64,000 nt of DNA from an uncultured Chloroflexia bacterium (GCA_963735865.1 CAVTML010000002.1:1714917-1778916), one strand, 5' to 3'. Shown: positions 45,699 through 54,311, counted from the stretch's first letter. Numbers and translations are program-made. The notes: generated from the letters alone by a model not told the origin.

Positions 45699-45885
45699 CG
45701 CGTGCCCCGGCCGGGCCCACCATCGCGACCTGGCGAGCTTCGGCGGCCAGGCCGGTGAAACCCGATGCGCCCATCGGCGAGCCGATGATCAGCAGGACTG
45801 GTCCCTTTCTCGTGCCACCAGGTCGCACGTCGCAGGTCAACACCGCGCCGGGCACGTCCAGCGTGTGACTCCTCGATTCGGTCAT
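45691..45885 (-). pseudogene. N-terminal ~64-aa remnant of an alpha/beta hydrolase
   Basis: ATG 45885 is in frame with ORF 45691..45945 (-) and is preceded by AGGAGGA. The sequence MTESRSHTLDVPGAVLTCDVRPGGTRKGPVLLIIGSPMGASGFTGLAAE... ends abruptly where the next gene starts. The nucleophile elbow and the rest of the fold are absent. Confidence 0.55.
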
Positions 45886-46013
45886 GCCGTCCTCCTGCCT
45901 GGTCAGACCGCCTCTGAGCGCACGGGAAGCTAGTGTGCCGCACATCGTGATGGACCGGCCCCTTCACGAGGACAAGGTCAGGCCCTGGGCAGTTGCAGGC
46001 GCCTTGCACCCAC

Positions 46014-46421
46014 CTACGGCAGGACGCTGAAGCGCCCGCCCGACACCGGACGGACCACATCGAAGTGCCGGCGATCGAGGGTCGCGATGCTCCGCGTCGC
46101 GTACCGGCTGGCGAGGACGACGTTGGATGCGTCGGCGACGCCCAGGCGCTGGTCGGCGTAGCGCTGGATCACCGCGCGCGCCGCCATCACGTCCTTGGCC
46201 CCGAACGCAGGCAGGTCCCAGGCTCCACCCGCGAGTTCCTGCAGGACACGGAGCTCGAGCGCCACGCCGAGCCGCGACGCGACGAGGTGATCGAGCTCGG
46301 CGACGACGAATGGCGAGACGACGAGCGGCTCGGTCGCCGCATCGAGGACGCTCGAGACCGCCACATGGTCCGGCTCGTCCGTGTCGAAGTACGCCAGGAG
46401 CGCACTCGTGTCAACGATCAC
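46014..46421 (-). CDS. vapC: PIN-domain toxin (VapC type)
   Basis: ORF 46014..46421 (-); GTG start overlapping the antitoxin stop (GTGA). Motifs: IVDTSALLAYFDTDEP...SPFVVAELDHL...VADASNVVLA...IATLDRRHF. Confidence 0.85.
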   Translation of the reverse strand: MIVDTSALLAYFDTDEPDHVAVSSVLDAATEPLVVSPFVVAELDHLVASRLGVALELRVLQELAGGAWDLPAFGAKDVMAARAVIQRYADQRLGVADASNVVLASRYATRSIATLDRRHFDVVRPVSGGRFSVLP

Positions 46422-46633
46422 GACTCGCCGAACCCGGCCAGAAAGTCGTCAGCCTGGCGCGCGATGGGCGCCCCGCTGGCGAACAGCCCACCATGGGGAC
46501 GCGGTCGCTCAGCTCCGACGGCTCTCCGGATCGACTCCCGGATGACTTCGGCTTCCGAGACGCCGCGTCGTCGGGCCGCGACCTTGATGGCCGACCGGAG
46601 CTCGGCCGATAGGTAGACGGTCGTCTTCTCCAT
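46418..46633 (-). CDS. vapB: ribbon-helix-helix (CopG-like) antitoxin (VapB type)
   Basis: ORF 46418..46633 (-). Motif: MEKTTVYLSAELRSAIKVAARRRGVSEAEVIRESIRRAV. Confidence 0.8.
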   Translation of the reverse strand: MEKTTVYLSAELRSAIKVAARRRGVSEAEVIRESIRRAVGAERPRPHGGLFASGAPIARQADDFLAGFGES

Positions 46634-46657
46634 CCACGTATGGTACTACCGCTGGCA

Positions 46658-47158
46658 CTAGCTATCGGGCCGCCAAAGGTCGATCTGCGGCAGGCCCGCG
46701 ACACCGAGCGTCTGCGACAGCTCGCCGGCGTGGTACGCCTCATGGCTGAACAGGCGCTGCAGGATGGACGCTCGACCATGGACCTGCCGCTCCTCGCCGT
46801 ACATCCGCTCGACCCGCTCCTCCAGCGTGGCCGGCGTCCAGCGGTCGAGACAGCCGTCGATGATCCGCCAGGTCGTATCAATGGCATGGACGAGCTCGGC
46901 GGCAGAACGCGGGTGGTCCAGGTCGTCCTCCCAGCCCTCGTCGGTGCCGGTGAACGGGGTCGCCTCGGCGCCCGGCTCGCCAAGGATCGTGCACAGCCAG
47001 TAGACGCGGGTGCCGGCCGTGTGGCCGACCGTCGCCCAGATCGGCCAGCGCTCCGGTGACGGGCGGATGGCCAGCTGCTCGTCGGTCATCGCGCCGATGA
47101 CCTCGCGCAGCCGTCGGTCGTACTGCGGCCACATGCCATAGAACAGGCGGATCGACAT
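46658..47158 (-). CDS. DinB-family (four-helix-bundle, DinB/YfiT-like) protein; not DNA polymerase
   Basis: ORF 46658..47176 (-). ATG 47158, directly after GGGAAGGAGGG, is preferred. Motifs: WPIWATVGHTAGTRVYW...ILQRLFSHEAYHAGELSQ. Confidence 0.75.
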   Translation of the reverse strand: MSIRLFYGMWPQYDRRLREVIGAMTDEQLAIRPSPERWPIWATVGHTAGTRVYWLCTILGEPGAEATPFTGTDEGWEDDLDHPRSAAELVHAIDTTWRIIDGCLDRWTPATLEERVERMYGEERQVHGRASILQRLFSHEAYHAGELSQTLGVAGLPQIDLWRPDS

Positions 47159-47220
47159 CGCACCCTCCTTCCCCATCTGGACCGTCCGGGCTCACCGCGG
47201 GACATGCTACATTCGTGTAC

Positions 47221-47493
47221 ATGGATCGTACCGTCGGCATCGCCGAACTGCGCCAGAACCTGAGCCTGTACCTGCGTCGCGTGGAGCGCGGCGAGCGGTT
47301 GCTCGTGACCGACCGGAACCGACCGGTCGCCGAGCTGGGCCCTCCGCCCAGCACCGGCGCGGCCCTGGATCGCCTGATCGCCGAAGGCAAGGTGCGCCGC
47401 CCGGTCCGACGTGGACTGCCGCCAGCACTCGTCATGGATGGCGACCCCTACAGCCTGAGTCGCGCACTCGACGAGATCCGCGGCGAGCGCTGA
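47221..47493 (+). CDS. Phd/YefM-type antitoxin
   Basis: ORF 47215..47493; ATG 47221 is preferred. Motif: MDRTVGIAELRQNLSLYLRRVERGERLLVTDRNRPVAEL. Confidence 0.75.
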   Translation: MDRTVGIAELRQNLSLYLRRVERGERLLVTDRNRPVAELGPPPSTGAALDRLIAEGKVRRPVRRGLPPALVMDGDPYSLSRALDEIRGER

Positions 47494-47496
47494 GGG

Positions 47497-47910
47497 GTGG
47501 CCCTCTTCTACGCCGACGCATCGGCGCTGGTCAAACTCGTGCGGGATGAACCGGAAAGCCACGTCCTCCGGACGTTCGTGGCCGCGGCCGACCTCGTCTC
47601 ATGCGAGCTCGTGCTGACGGAGCTCCCCCGGGCGATACGGCGAGCGGCCGCGCAGGATCCTCACCTGGAGCTGGACGTGCTGCTGGGTCGCGCGGGAGAC
47701 CTCGTCGACGCGCTGGGGTTGCTGCCGGTGGACCGGGCCCTGCTGCTGGCAGCAGGCGCGTTGGCCGAGCCGGCGCTGCGCGCCCAGGATGCGATCCACG
47801 TCGCTGCGGCGGCCGACCTCGCGCCGCTCGACGGCTTCGTGACCTACGACGAACGGCAAGCCGCTGCTGCACGCCTGGCCGGACTTCGGTCGATGTCGCC
47901 CGGCGCCTAG
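47497..47910 (+). CDS. vapC: PIN-domain toxin (VapC type)
   Basis: ORF 47497..47910, starting 3 nt after the antitoxin stop. Motifs: LFYADASALVKLVRDEPES...SCELVLTELPRA...AQDAIHVAAA...FVTYDERQ. Confidence 0.8.
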   Translation: MALFYADASALVKLVRDEPESHVLRTFVAAADLVSCELVLTELPRAIRRAAAQDPHLELDVLLGRAGDLVDALGLLPVDRALLLAAGALAEPALRAQDAIHVAAAADLAPLDGFVTYDERQAAAARLAGLRSMSPGA

Positions 47911-47911
47911 A

Positions 47912-49120
47912 TCAGCGACCCGGTTCGGACTCGCGCCAGACCAGCGAGCCGACGCCGGCGAGGAGAACGGTCGCGACGCCGGAGGCGACCAGCGTCGCGG
48001 TCGCGCCGACCGCTCCCACGACCGGTCCGCCGATGGCCGTGCCGAGCGGCGTCGAAACCATGGTCAACGCACTCCGGGCGGCGAGGAGGCCCGGCAGCCG
48101 CTCGGTCGTGACCGCTGCCTGGAACACGGCGTACGTCAGCGGCACGAACGGCCCGTAGATGACACCGCCGAGGCCGAAGAACAGGATCGTGACCGGGATC
48201 GGCGCCACGGCGAACGGGATGAGGCACAGCCCCCAACCGGCCACGATCAGGAGCGCGAGCCGCCGGACGTTCCCGGTGCGCAGGGCCCCGGTCAGCAGGT
48301 TCGCCCCCAGCGCCCCCACGCCGAAAGCGGTCCAGTAGGCCGCGAGCAGCTGTGCCGAGCCGGCGAGGTCGTGGGCCACGTACACCGGCAGCGCCACCTC
48401 CACGGGGCCGTACAGGAAGAAGAAGACCCAGGTCACGGCGGTCAGGCCCAGCAGTTCGCGCCGACGAAGCAGTCGGAAGCCCGACTCGGCGCCCTGCAGG
48501 TCGACCGGGCCCTCCGCTGCCCCGGCGTTGGTGCGGGTCAGCCAGGCGCAGGCGCCGAGGAACGCGAAGGAGGCAGCATCCAGGATCAGCAGCCAGCCGG
48601 GGCTGACGACCGCCAGCAGCAGCCCGGCCGTGGCGGGACCGACGATGTAGGCGAACGAAGCCTGGGCGCTGGACAGGGAGTTCGCGGCGAAGCGTCCGTC
48701 GGCACCGGCAAGGGCCGACAGCATCGTGTACTGGCCGGCGTTGCCCCAGGCCGCCATCAGCGACGAGCCGGCCAGCAGCGCCACGTACGCCGCGGGCGTC
48801 AGCGCGCCGGCCACGGCCAGCACGCCGATGAGCCCCAGGCAGCCGGCCCGCAAGACCGCATGGGCCAGCACGAGCGCTCGTGCGGGCCGCCCGCGCAGCA
48901 CACCCCCGAGGGCCAGAGCCCCCAGCACACCAGGCAGGGTGTAGGCGGCGACGGCCAGGCCGACGAAGAGGCCGAGGGATCCTGCGGGTGCCGTCCGGAC
49001 CGCCAGCCAGGCGATCGTCACGGTGCTGAGCCCGTCGCCCAGCGAGGAGACACCCAGACCGGCCAGGAGCAGACGGGTCTGCCGGCTCCCGAGCAGGCGG
49101 CGGTAGGCGGCGGTGGTCAG
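47912..49120 (-). CDS. MFS transporter (EntS/MFS_3-like)
   Basis: ORF 47912..49021 (-) begins at an internal GTG. The same frame is open up to 49120 and encodes the family-typical N-terminus (TTAAYRRLLGSRQTRLLLAGLGVSSLGDGLSTVTIAWLAV). The only candidate initiator there is CTG 49120..49118, which overlaps the upstream TGA. Multiple TM segments are present throughout. Confidence 0.75.
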   Translation of the reverse strand: MTTAAYRRLLGSRQTRLLLAGLGVSSLGDGLSTVTIAWLAVRTAPAGSLGLFVGLAVAAYTLPGVLGALALGGVLRGRPARALVLAHAVLRAGCLGLIGVLAVAGALTPAAYVALLAGSSLMAAWGNAGQYTMLSALAGADGRFAANSLSSAQASFAYIVGPATAGLLLAVVSPGWLLILDAASFAFLGACAWLTRTNAGAAEGPVDLQGAESGFRLLRRRELLGLTAVTWVFFFLYGPVEVALPVYVAHDLAGSAQLLAAYWTAFGVGALGANLLTGALRTGNVRRLALLIVAGWGLCLIPFAVAPIPVTILFFGLGGVIYGPFVPLTYAVFQAAVTTERLPGLLAARSALTMVSTPLGTAIGGPVVGAVGATATLVASGVATVLLAGVGSLVWRESEPGR

Positions 49121-49563
49121 CCGACGGCTCGCTTCACGAGCGCCCTGATCTGTTCCTCAGCCGTCTTGGTCAGCTCGTTCACGGCGAACGAGACCGGCCA
49201 GAACGGGCCGTCATCAAGGTGGGCGTCGGCCTGGAACTCGAACGTCGCGTAGCGCACCTTGAACTTGGACTTGGGCTTGAAGAAGCAGATGACCTTGCCG
49301 TTCAAGGCATAGGCGGGCATGCCGTAGTACGTCTTCGGCACGAGCGCGGGCTCGGCCTTGGTCACGAGCGCATGGACCCGCTTGGCCATGGACCGGTCCG
49401 GTTCCGGCATCTCGGCGATCTTGGCCTGCAGCTCGGCTTCGCCTGCAGCGCGCTCCTCCGCGGGATCGCGCCGCGAGGCCGACTTCCGCTCCCGGGCGCC
49501 CGCCCGCATGGCGGCCCGCTCTTCCTCGCTCCACACGTTGGCGGATCCTGACTTGGTTGGCAT
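49117..49563 (-). CDS. DUF1801 (YdhG-like) domain protein
   Basis: ORF 49117..49563 (-). Motif: PKTYYGMPAYALNGKVICFFKPKSKFKVRYATFEF. Confidence 0.6.
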   Translation of the reverse strand: MPTKSGSANVWSEEERAAMRAGARERKSASRRDPAEERAAGEAELQAKIAEMPEPDRSMAKRVHALVTKAEPALVPKTYYGMPAYALNGKVICFFKPKSKFKVRYATFEFQADAHLDDGPFWPVSFAVNELTKTAEEQIRALVKRAVG

Positions 49564-49607
49564 TCGACTTTCTCCTCGCTTCGTGGACGGCGTCGGCGGT
49601 CGGCGTG

Positions 49608-50081
49608 TCAGGCCGTCGCCTTGGCCGCGTTCCTACCCTGCTGAAGGATCCTGATGGGGTTGCCGAACGGATCTCGCAGGCCCATGTCCGTGCCGTAGAA
49701 GTGATCCGTGGGCTCCTGGGTGAAATCGGTGACCCCGCGCTCCTTGAGCGTCTCGTAGAGGCCGCGAGCGTCATCGGTGATGAAGACGAGCCCGCCGAGC
49801 GCACCCTTCGTGATGAGCTCGCGGAGCTGATTCGCGGTGGCCTGGTCGTGCAGCGGCGGCCCGGGCTGCTCCAGCGAGACCTCGGTGGCCCCAGCTTCGC
49901 CGGGGACCCGGATCGTCAGCCAGCGATAGTCGCCCTGGCGGACGTCGTTGCCCTTCTCCAGGCCCAGCTTGTTGACGTAGAAGTCGAGCGCCTCGTCCTT
50001 GTCGAGGACGTAGATGGAGGCGACGTTGAGCATGGTGATCACGGCGTTGGCTCTCCTCTGCGCGGTGGCTCGGAACGCCAC
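49608..50081 (-). CDS. VOC (glyoxalase-like) family protein
   Basis: ORF 49608..50081 (-); ATG 50033 is an alternative start. Motifs: ASIYVLDKDEALDFYVNKLGL...GLVFITDDARGLYETLKERGV...LRDPFGNPIRI. Confidence 0.75.
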   Translation of the reverse strand: MAFRATAQRRANAVITMLNVASIYVLDKDEALDFYVNKLGLEKGNDVRQGDYRWLTIRVPGEAGATEVSLEQPGPPLHDQATANQLRELITKGALGGLVFITDDARGLYETLKERGVTDFTQEPTDHFYGTDMGLRDPFGNPIRILQQGRNAAKATA

Positions 50082-50086
50082 CTACC

Positions 50087-50533
50087 CTACGGCTCGCCCG
50101 GCGCGAACGCTTCTCCGAAACTGCTCGATCCGGCCGTCTCCCAGGCGGCCGGCCGCATCGCCGCCAGCTGGACGCAGTGCGGCGCGACGATCGGACCGTG
50201 CCCCGAGCGGTAGGCGGAGGGCGTCTCGCCCACGATCTGGCGGAACGTGCGGCTGAAGGTCCCCAGGCTGGTGAACCCCACGTCCAGGCAGATGTCGGTC
50301 ACGCTGCGGTCGGTCTCCCGCAGCAGGAACATGGAGCGTTCCACTCGTCGGCGCTGGAGGTACCGGTGGGGCGTCTCGCCGAACGTGGCGCGGAAGCAGC
50401 GGCTGAAGTGAGCCTCCGAGACACATGCGACCGCGGCTACCGCGGCGACGTCGAGCGGCTCCGCGTACGCGCGGTCCATGGCATCGCGGGCGCGCAGCAG
50501 GCGCCGGTTCGACTCCTCGGCTTCCAGGCTCAC
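50087..50533 (-). CDS. AraC-family HTH transcriptional regulator (short, HTH-only type)
   Basis: ORF 50087..50533 (-). Motifs: LDVAAVAAVACVSEAHFSRCFRATFGETPHRYLQRRRVERSMFLLRETDRSVTDICLDVGFTSLGTFSRTFRQIVGETPSAYR. Confidence 0.8.
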   Translation of the reverse strand: MSLEAEESNRRLLRARDAMDRAYAEPLDVAAVAAVACVSEAHFSRCFRATFGETPHRYLQRRRVERSMFLLRETDRSVTDICLDVGFTSLGTFSRTFRQIVGETPSAYRSGHGPIVAPHCVQLAAMRPAAWETAGSSSFGEAFAPGEP

Positions 50534-50564
50534 GGAGCAAGGCTACGGCATCGGGTCCGCCGGA

Positions 50565-51605
50565 TCACGCGCGGCGGTCGTACTCCACGCGGACGCCGAG
50601 GAGGCGTACCGGCCGGGAGAGGTCGAACCGGTCCAGTACGACGAGGGCCGCCTGCTCGATGACCTCGTGGTCCGTGGTCGCGCCGGTCGGCAGCTTCATG
50701 GCGCTCGTCCGCGTGAAGAACGAGGCGTAGCGAACCTTGACGGCCACACGAGCCACGGGCCGCCCGGTCGTCGCGGCATCCTGTCCCAGCTCCCTGGCAA
50801 GGCCCGTGACGGCGGTCTCGATCGCGGCGCGGTCGGTAAGGTCCCTGGGGAAGGTCATCTCGCGGCCGCGGGAGCGGGCGATGTAGGGCTCCGCACTGAC
50901 CTCGGTCGGCCCCAGCCCCATGCCCATCGCCTTCAGGCTCGGCCCGATCGTCGGTCCGAAGGCGCCGGCGAGCATCCTCCAGTCGGCCGACGCCAGCTGG
51001 GCCACGGACTCGATCCCGAGACTCTTGAGCTTCGCCGCTGTGCGGTCGCCGATGCCCCAGACGGCCGACGTCGGGCGGTCGCCCATCACCGCCAGCCAGT
51101 GCACGTCGGTCAGCTGATAGATACCAGCCGGTTTGGCGAACCCGGTCGCCTGTTTCGCCTGGAGCTTGTTCCCGCCGATGCCGATGGAACAGGCGAGACC
51201 CGTCCGCGCCAGCACCTCAGCCTGGATGTCCGCTGCGAGGCGTGCCGGGTCGTCCGCCTCGGCGGCCAGGAAGGCTTCGTCCCAGCCCAGCACCTCGACG
51301 ACGACCGGGAACGTCCGGAGCGTCGCCATCACCTTGTCCGAGGCCGTCCAGTAGGCCGGGGCATCGACCGGCAGGAAGACCGCGTCGGGGCATCGCCGCG
51401 CCGCCGTGCGGAGCGGCATGCCCGAGTGGACGCCGAACGCGCGCGCCTCGTAGGACGCCGTCGAGACCACCACCCGCCATTGGGTCGGATCGCCGGCGCC
51501 GCCCACCACCACTGGTCGACCACGCAGCTCGGGATGGCGCAGGACCTCCACCGCGGCCAGGAACTGGTCCAGATCGACGTGGAGGATCCAGGCGCCGATC
51601 GTCAT
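50565..51605 (-). CDS. dinB: DNA polymerase IV (Y-family)
   Basis: ORF 50565..51605 (-). Motifs: ILHVDLDQFLAAVEVLRHPELRGRPVVVGG...VSTASYEARAFGVHSGMPL...VEVLGWDEAFL...CSIGIGGNKLQAKQA. Confidence 0.9.
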   Translation of the reverse strand: MTIGAWILHVDLDQFLAAVEVLRHPELRGRPVVVGGAGDPTQWRVVVSTASYEARAFGVHSGMPLRTAARRCPDAVFLPVDAPAYWTASDKVMATLRTFPVVVEVLGWDEAFLAAEADDPARLAADIQAEVLARTGLACSIGIGGNKLQAKQATGFAKPAGIYQLTDVHWLAVMGDRPTSAVWGIGDRTAAKLKSLGIESVAQLASADWRMLAGAFGPTIGPSLKAMGMGLGPTEVSAEPYIARSRGREMTFPRDLTDRAAIETAVTGLARELGQDAATTGRPVARVAVKVRYASFFTRTSAMKLPTGATTDHEVIEQAALVVLDRFDLSRPVRLLGVRVEYDRRA

Positions 51606-51755
51606 GAGGACGCGACCTTTCGAGGCAAGGATGGCACGACGCGGGCCTCCTGCACGTGACGGCCGTCATGAAGTTGCGGACATGGTCGGCTGCGGCGGGG
51701 GCCAGCCGAGAGCACGTGCCCCTCGAGGATCCGCGGCGGCTCGATGCCGACCTGC

Positions 51756-52163
51756 TCAGCCCACGAGTTCGACGCCAGCCCGTTCGCAGGCCCGCCTGAG
51801 CCGCTCATCGACCGTGGCCAGGGCGACCCCGTGTCGCGCCGCCAGCGCGAGGTAGGCCGCGTCGTAGGCGGTCAGGTCGAGTTGACGAGCGAGCTCGGTC
51901 ACCTCGCCGAGCGCCGTGTCCAGCGGGACGCTCTCGACGACGATAGGGAGCGACACCAGGAGCTCACGGACGTGCGTCATGTCGGCGAGGTCGAGTCGCC
52001 CTCTCCGCTCCGCGTTGCGCAACCCGTTGGCGACCTCGAGCGGCCAGATCGCCGGGGCCAACGCCTCGTCCTGTTCGAGCCGATCAAGGGCTCGACCCGC
52101 CAGCTCGGATGCCTCGTCGGCGAAGCACCAGGCGAGGGCAACCGACGCGTCCACGACGAACAT
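51756..52163 (-). CDS. vapC: PIN-domain toxin (VapC type)
   Basis: ORF 51756..52163 (-). Motifs: MFVVDASVALAW...IWPLEVANGL...TAYDAAYLALA...LATVDERL. Confidence 0.85.
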   Translation of the reverse strand: MFVVDASVALAWCFADEASELAGRALDRLEQDEALAPAIWPLEVANGLRNAERRGRLDLADMTHVRELLVSLPIVVESVPLDTALGEVTELARQLDLTAYDAAYLALAARHGVALATVDERLRRACERAGVELVG

Positions 52164-52402
52164 CAGGGCCGACCCTCGTCGATGAGCTCCCGAAGGGACA
52201 GCCCGTCGAGCGGGTGAGCGCGACGGAAGGCCCGCAGACTCGCGATCGCCTCGTGCGCCGTCCGGGTCGGGGACGCCGAGATGGGCGCGAGCACAGCCAC
52301 CGCGACACCGTGCTTCGTGATGGTGATCGCCTCCCCGCCGGCTACCTCGTCCAGCAGTCGGGGAAGGTGGGTCTTGGCCTCATACGCACCGATCCGTCGC
52401 AT
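52163..52402 (-). CDS. Phd/YefM-type antitoxin
   Basis: ORF 52163..52402 (-). Motif: IGAYEAKTHLPRLLDEVAGGEAITITKHGVAVAVL. There is a 1-nt overlap with the toxin start. Confidence 0.8.
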   Translation of the reverse strand: MRRIGAYEAKTHLPRLLDEVAGGEAITITKHGVAVAVLAPISASPTRTAHEAIASLRAFRRAHPLDGLSLRELIDEGRP

Positions 52403-52711
52403 TCCTATCCTCCATCTGGTCTGAGACTAGTCTAAGCTTCGGAAGGGCCCGACGCAATGGGCGCGCTTGCCGTGGTCGTAGAGCGTCTCGAAGACCCGCA
52501 CGCCACCGTTCGAGATGCGGGGCACCACCCTTCGAGTCGTCCAGCTCCCGCTTCTCGTCGCGCTTGGGTACCTGGCCATCCGAGGGTCAAGGCTCGCCCG
52601 ACGTTGGTGACGATCAGACCGACAGTCGGCCAAAGGTTCAACCTGGTCGCTGGGCGCGGAGAAACTCATCATCCTTGACTGCGGACTGATCAAACGTTTA
52701 GTCTACTGAAC

Positions 52712-53347
52712 GTGAGTTCAACGACCACTCACGGGGACCTTACCGCCCGCGCAACGATCCGGAACGCCGCGTTGCGGCTCTTCGGTGACCGTGGCGCCGA
52801 CGCGGTGACCGTGCGCCAGATCGCCACCCAGGCCGGCGTCTCCCCGGCGCTCGTCCTCCACCACTTCGGGAGCAAGGACGGCCTGCGGGCGGAGGTCGAC
52901 GCGTTCGCCGCGCAGGCGTTCGACGCGATCTTCGAGGCCATCCCGACCGATGAGCTCGTTGAGCTGCTCACCGGCGGGGCGACGAGGGGCTCGCTCGCCG
53001 AGGCATTCGCCCGGGGCTTTCCGCCCGGTTCGCCGCTGCCGGCCTACCTGCGCCGCCTGCTCCTGACGAACGACCCCGCGGGAGCCGCGCTGTTCGGACG
53101 ATGGTATGCCGCGACCCGGCGCCTCCTCGACGGGATGGTCCAGATGGGCGTCGCTCGGCCGAGCGAGGATCCTGGCATCCGGGCGGCGTTCTTCCTGGTC
53201 AACGACCTCGCCCTCATCCTCCTGAGGAACCAGATCGCCGTGGCGATCGGTGCCGACCCGCTGACCCCAGAGGGGATGGATCGGTGGGCGCGGGAGGCCA
53301 GCATCGTCTATGCCGAGGGCGCGTTCAGTGCCCCACGGAAGGAGTGA
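52712..53347 (+). CDS. TetR-family transcriptional regulator
   Basis: ORF 52712..53347. Motif: IRNAALRLFGDRGADAVTVRQIATQAGVSPALVLHHFGSKDGL. Confidence 0.85.
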   Translation: MSSTTTHGDLTARATIRNAALRLFGDRGADAVTVRQIATQAGVSPALVLHHFGSKDGLRAEVDAFAAQAFDAIFEAIPTDELVELLTGGATRGSLAEAFARGFPPGSPLPAYLRRLLLTNDPAGAALFGRWYAATRRLLDGMVQMGVARPSEDPGIRAAFFLVNDLALILLRNQIAVAIGADPLTPEGMDRWAREASIVYAEGAFSAPRKE

Positions 53348-53354
53348 CACCCGT

Positions 53355-54311
53355 ATGAGCGCGGCCCGACCCGTCATCCGGACCCAGGGGCTGACCAAGA
53401 CCTTCGGACCGGTCCGCGCCCTCGACGGGCTCGACCTCGAGGTGGCCCCCGGCGAGGTCCACGGCTTCCTCGGCCCCAATGGGGCGGGCAAGTCGACGAC
53501 GATCCGGATCGTCCTCGGCCTCATCCGCGCCAGCGGCGGGCACGTCGAGCTCTTTGGGGGTGACCCGTGGCGCCAGGCGGCAACGCTCCACGAACGGCTC
53601 GCCTACGTCGCCGGCGACGTCGCGCTCTGGCCGGGACTCACCGGTGGGCAGTGCCTCGACGTCCTCGGCGCGACGCAGGGCGGGCTCGTCGAGGCTCGCC
53701 GGGCCGCCCTGATCGAGCAGTTCGACCTCGACCCGACGAAGCGGATCCGCGACTACTCCAAGGGCAACCGGCAGAAGGTCGCCCTCATCGCCGCCCTTGC
53801 CGCCGACGCCGACCTGCTCGTGCTCGACGAGCCCACTTCCGGGCTGGACCCGCTCATGGAACAGGCGTTCCAGGAGGTCGTCCGCGAGCGGCGCAAGGAT
53901 GGCTGCACGGTCCTGCTGTCGAGTCACCTCCTCGGGGAGGTCGAAGCACTTGCCGATCGGGTGACCATCATCCGCCGGGGCCGGACCGTGACCACCGGAA
54001 CCCTCGCCGACCTGCGACGCCATACCCGCACCCATGTCCACGCGGTCACTGTCGACGCGCCTGCGGGACTCGCTGCCGCCCAGGGGGTCGCGGACTACGT
54101 CTCCGAGCGGCTCGACGGCAACGTCGACAGCCGGTTCACCGTCGATGCCGAGCACCTGGACGCCGTCGTCGGCCGGCTGCATGCCGCACGGATCCATACC
54201 CTCACCGTTACCCCGCCAAGCCTGGATGCGCTATTCCTCCGCAGCTATGGCGGGGACGCCGGGCCGCTCGACGCGTCCGAGCTCCGAGAACCCCTGGAGG
54301 CGGCCCGATGA
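53355..54311 (+). CDS. ABC transporter ATP-binding protein
   Basis: ATG 53355 is in frame with ORF 53310..54311. Walker A GPNGAGKST, signature YSKGNRQKVAL, Walker B LLVLDEPTSGLD. Confidence 0.9.
   Translation: MSAARPVIRTQGLTKTFGPVRALDGLDLEVAPGEVHGFLGPNGAGKSTTIRIVLGLIRASGGHVELFGGDPWRQAATLHERLAYVAGDVALWPGLTGGQCLDVLGATQGGLVEARRAALIEQFDLDPTKRIRDYSKGNRQKVALIAALAADADLLVLDEPTSGLDPLMEQAFQEVVRERRKDGCTVLLSSHLLGEVEALADRVTIIRRGRTVTTGTLADLRRHTRTHVHAVTVDAPAGLAAAQGVADYVSERLDGNVDSRFTVDAEHLDAVVGRLHAARIHTLTVTPPSLDALFLRSYGGDAGPLDASELREPLEAAR

Noticed and set aside
51606-51755. LexA/SOS box upstream of dinB.
   Set aside because: No TCGAAC-N4-GTTCGA-like dyad and no RecA-independent promoter motif is visible in the 150 nt upstream of the dinB start.
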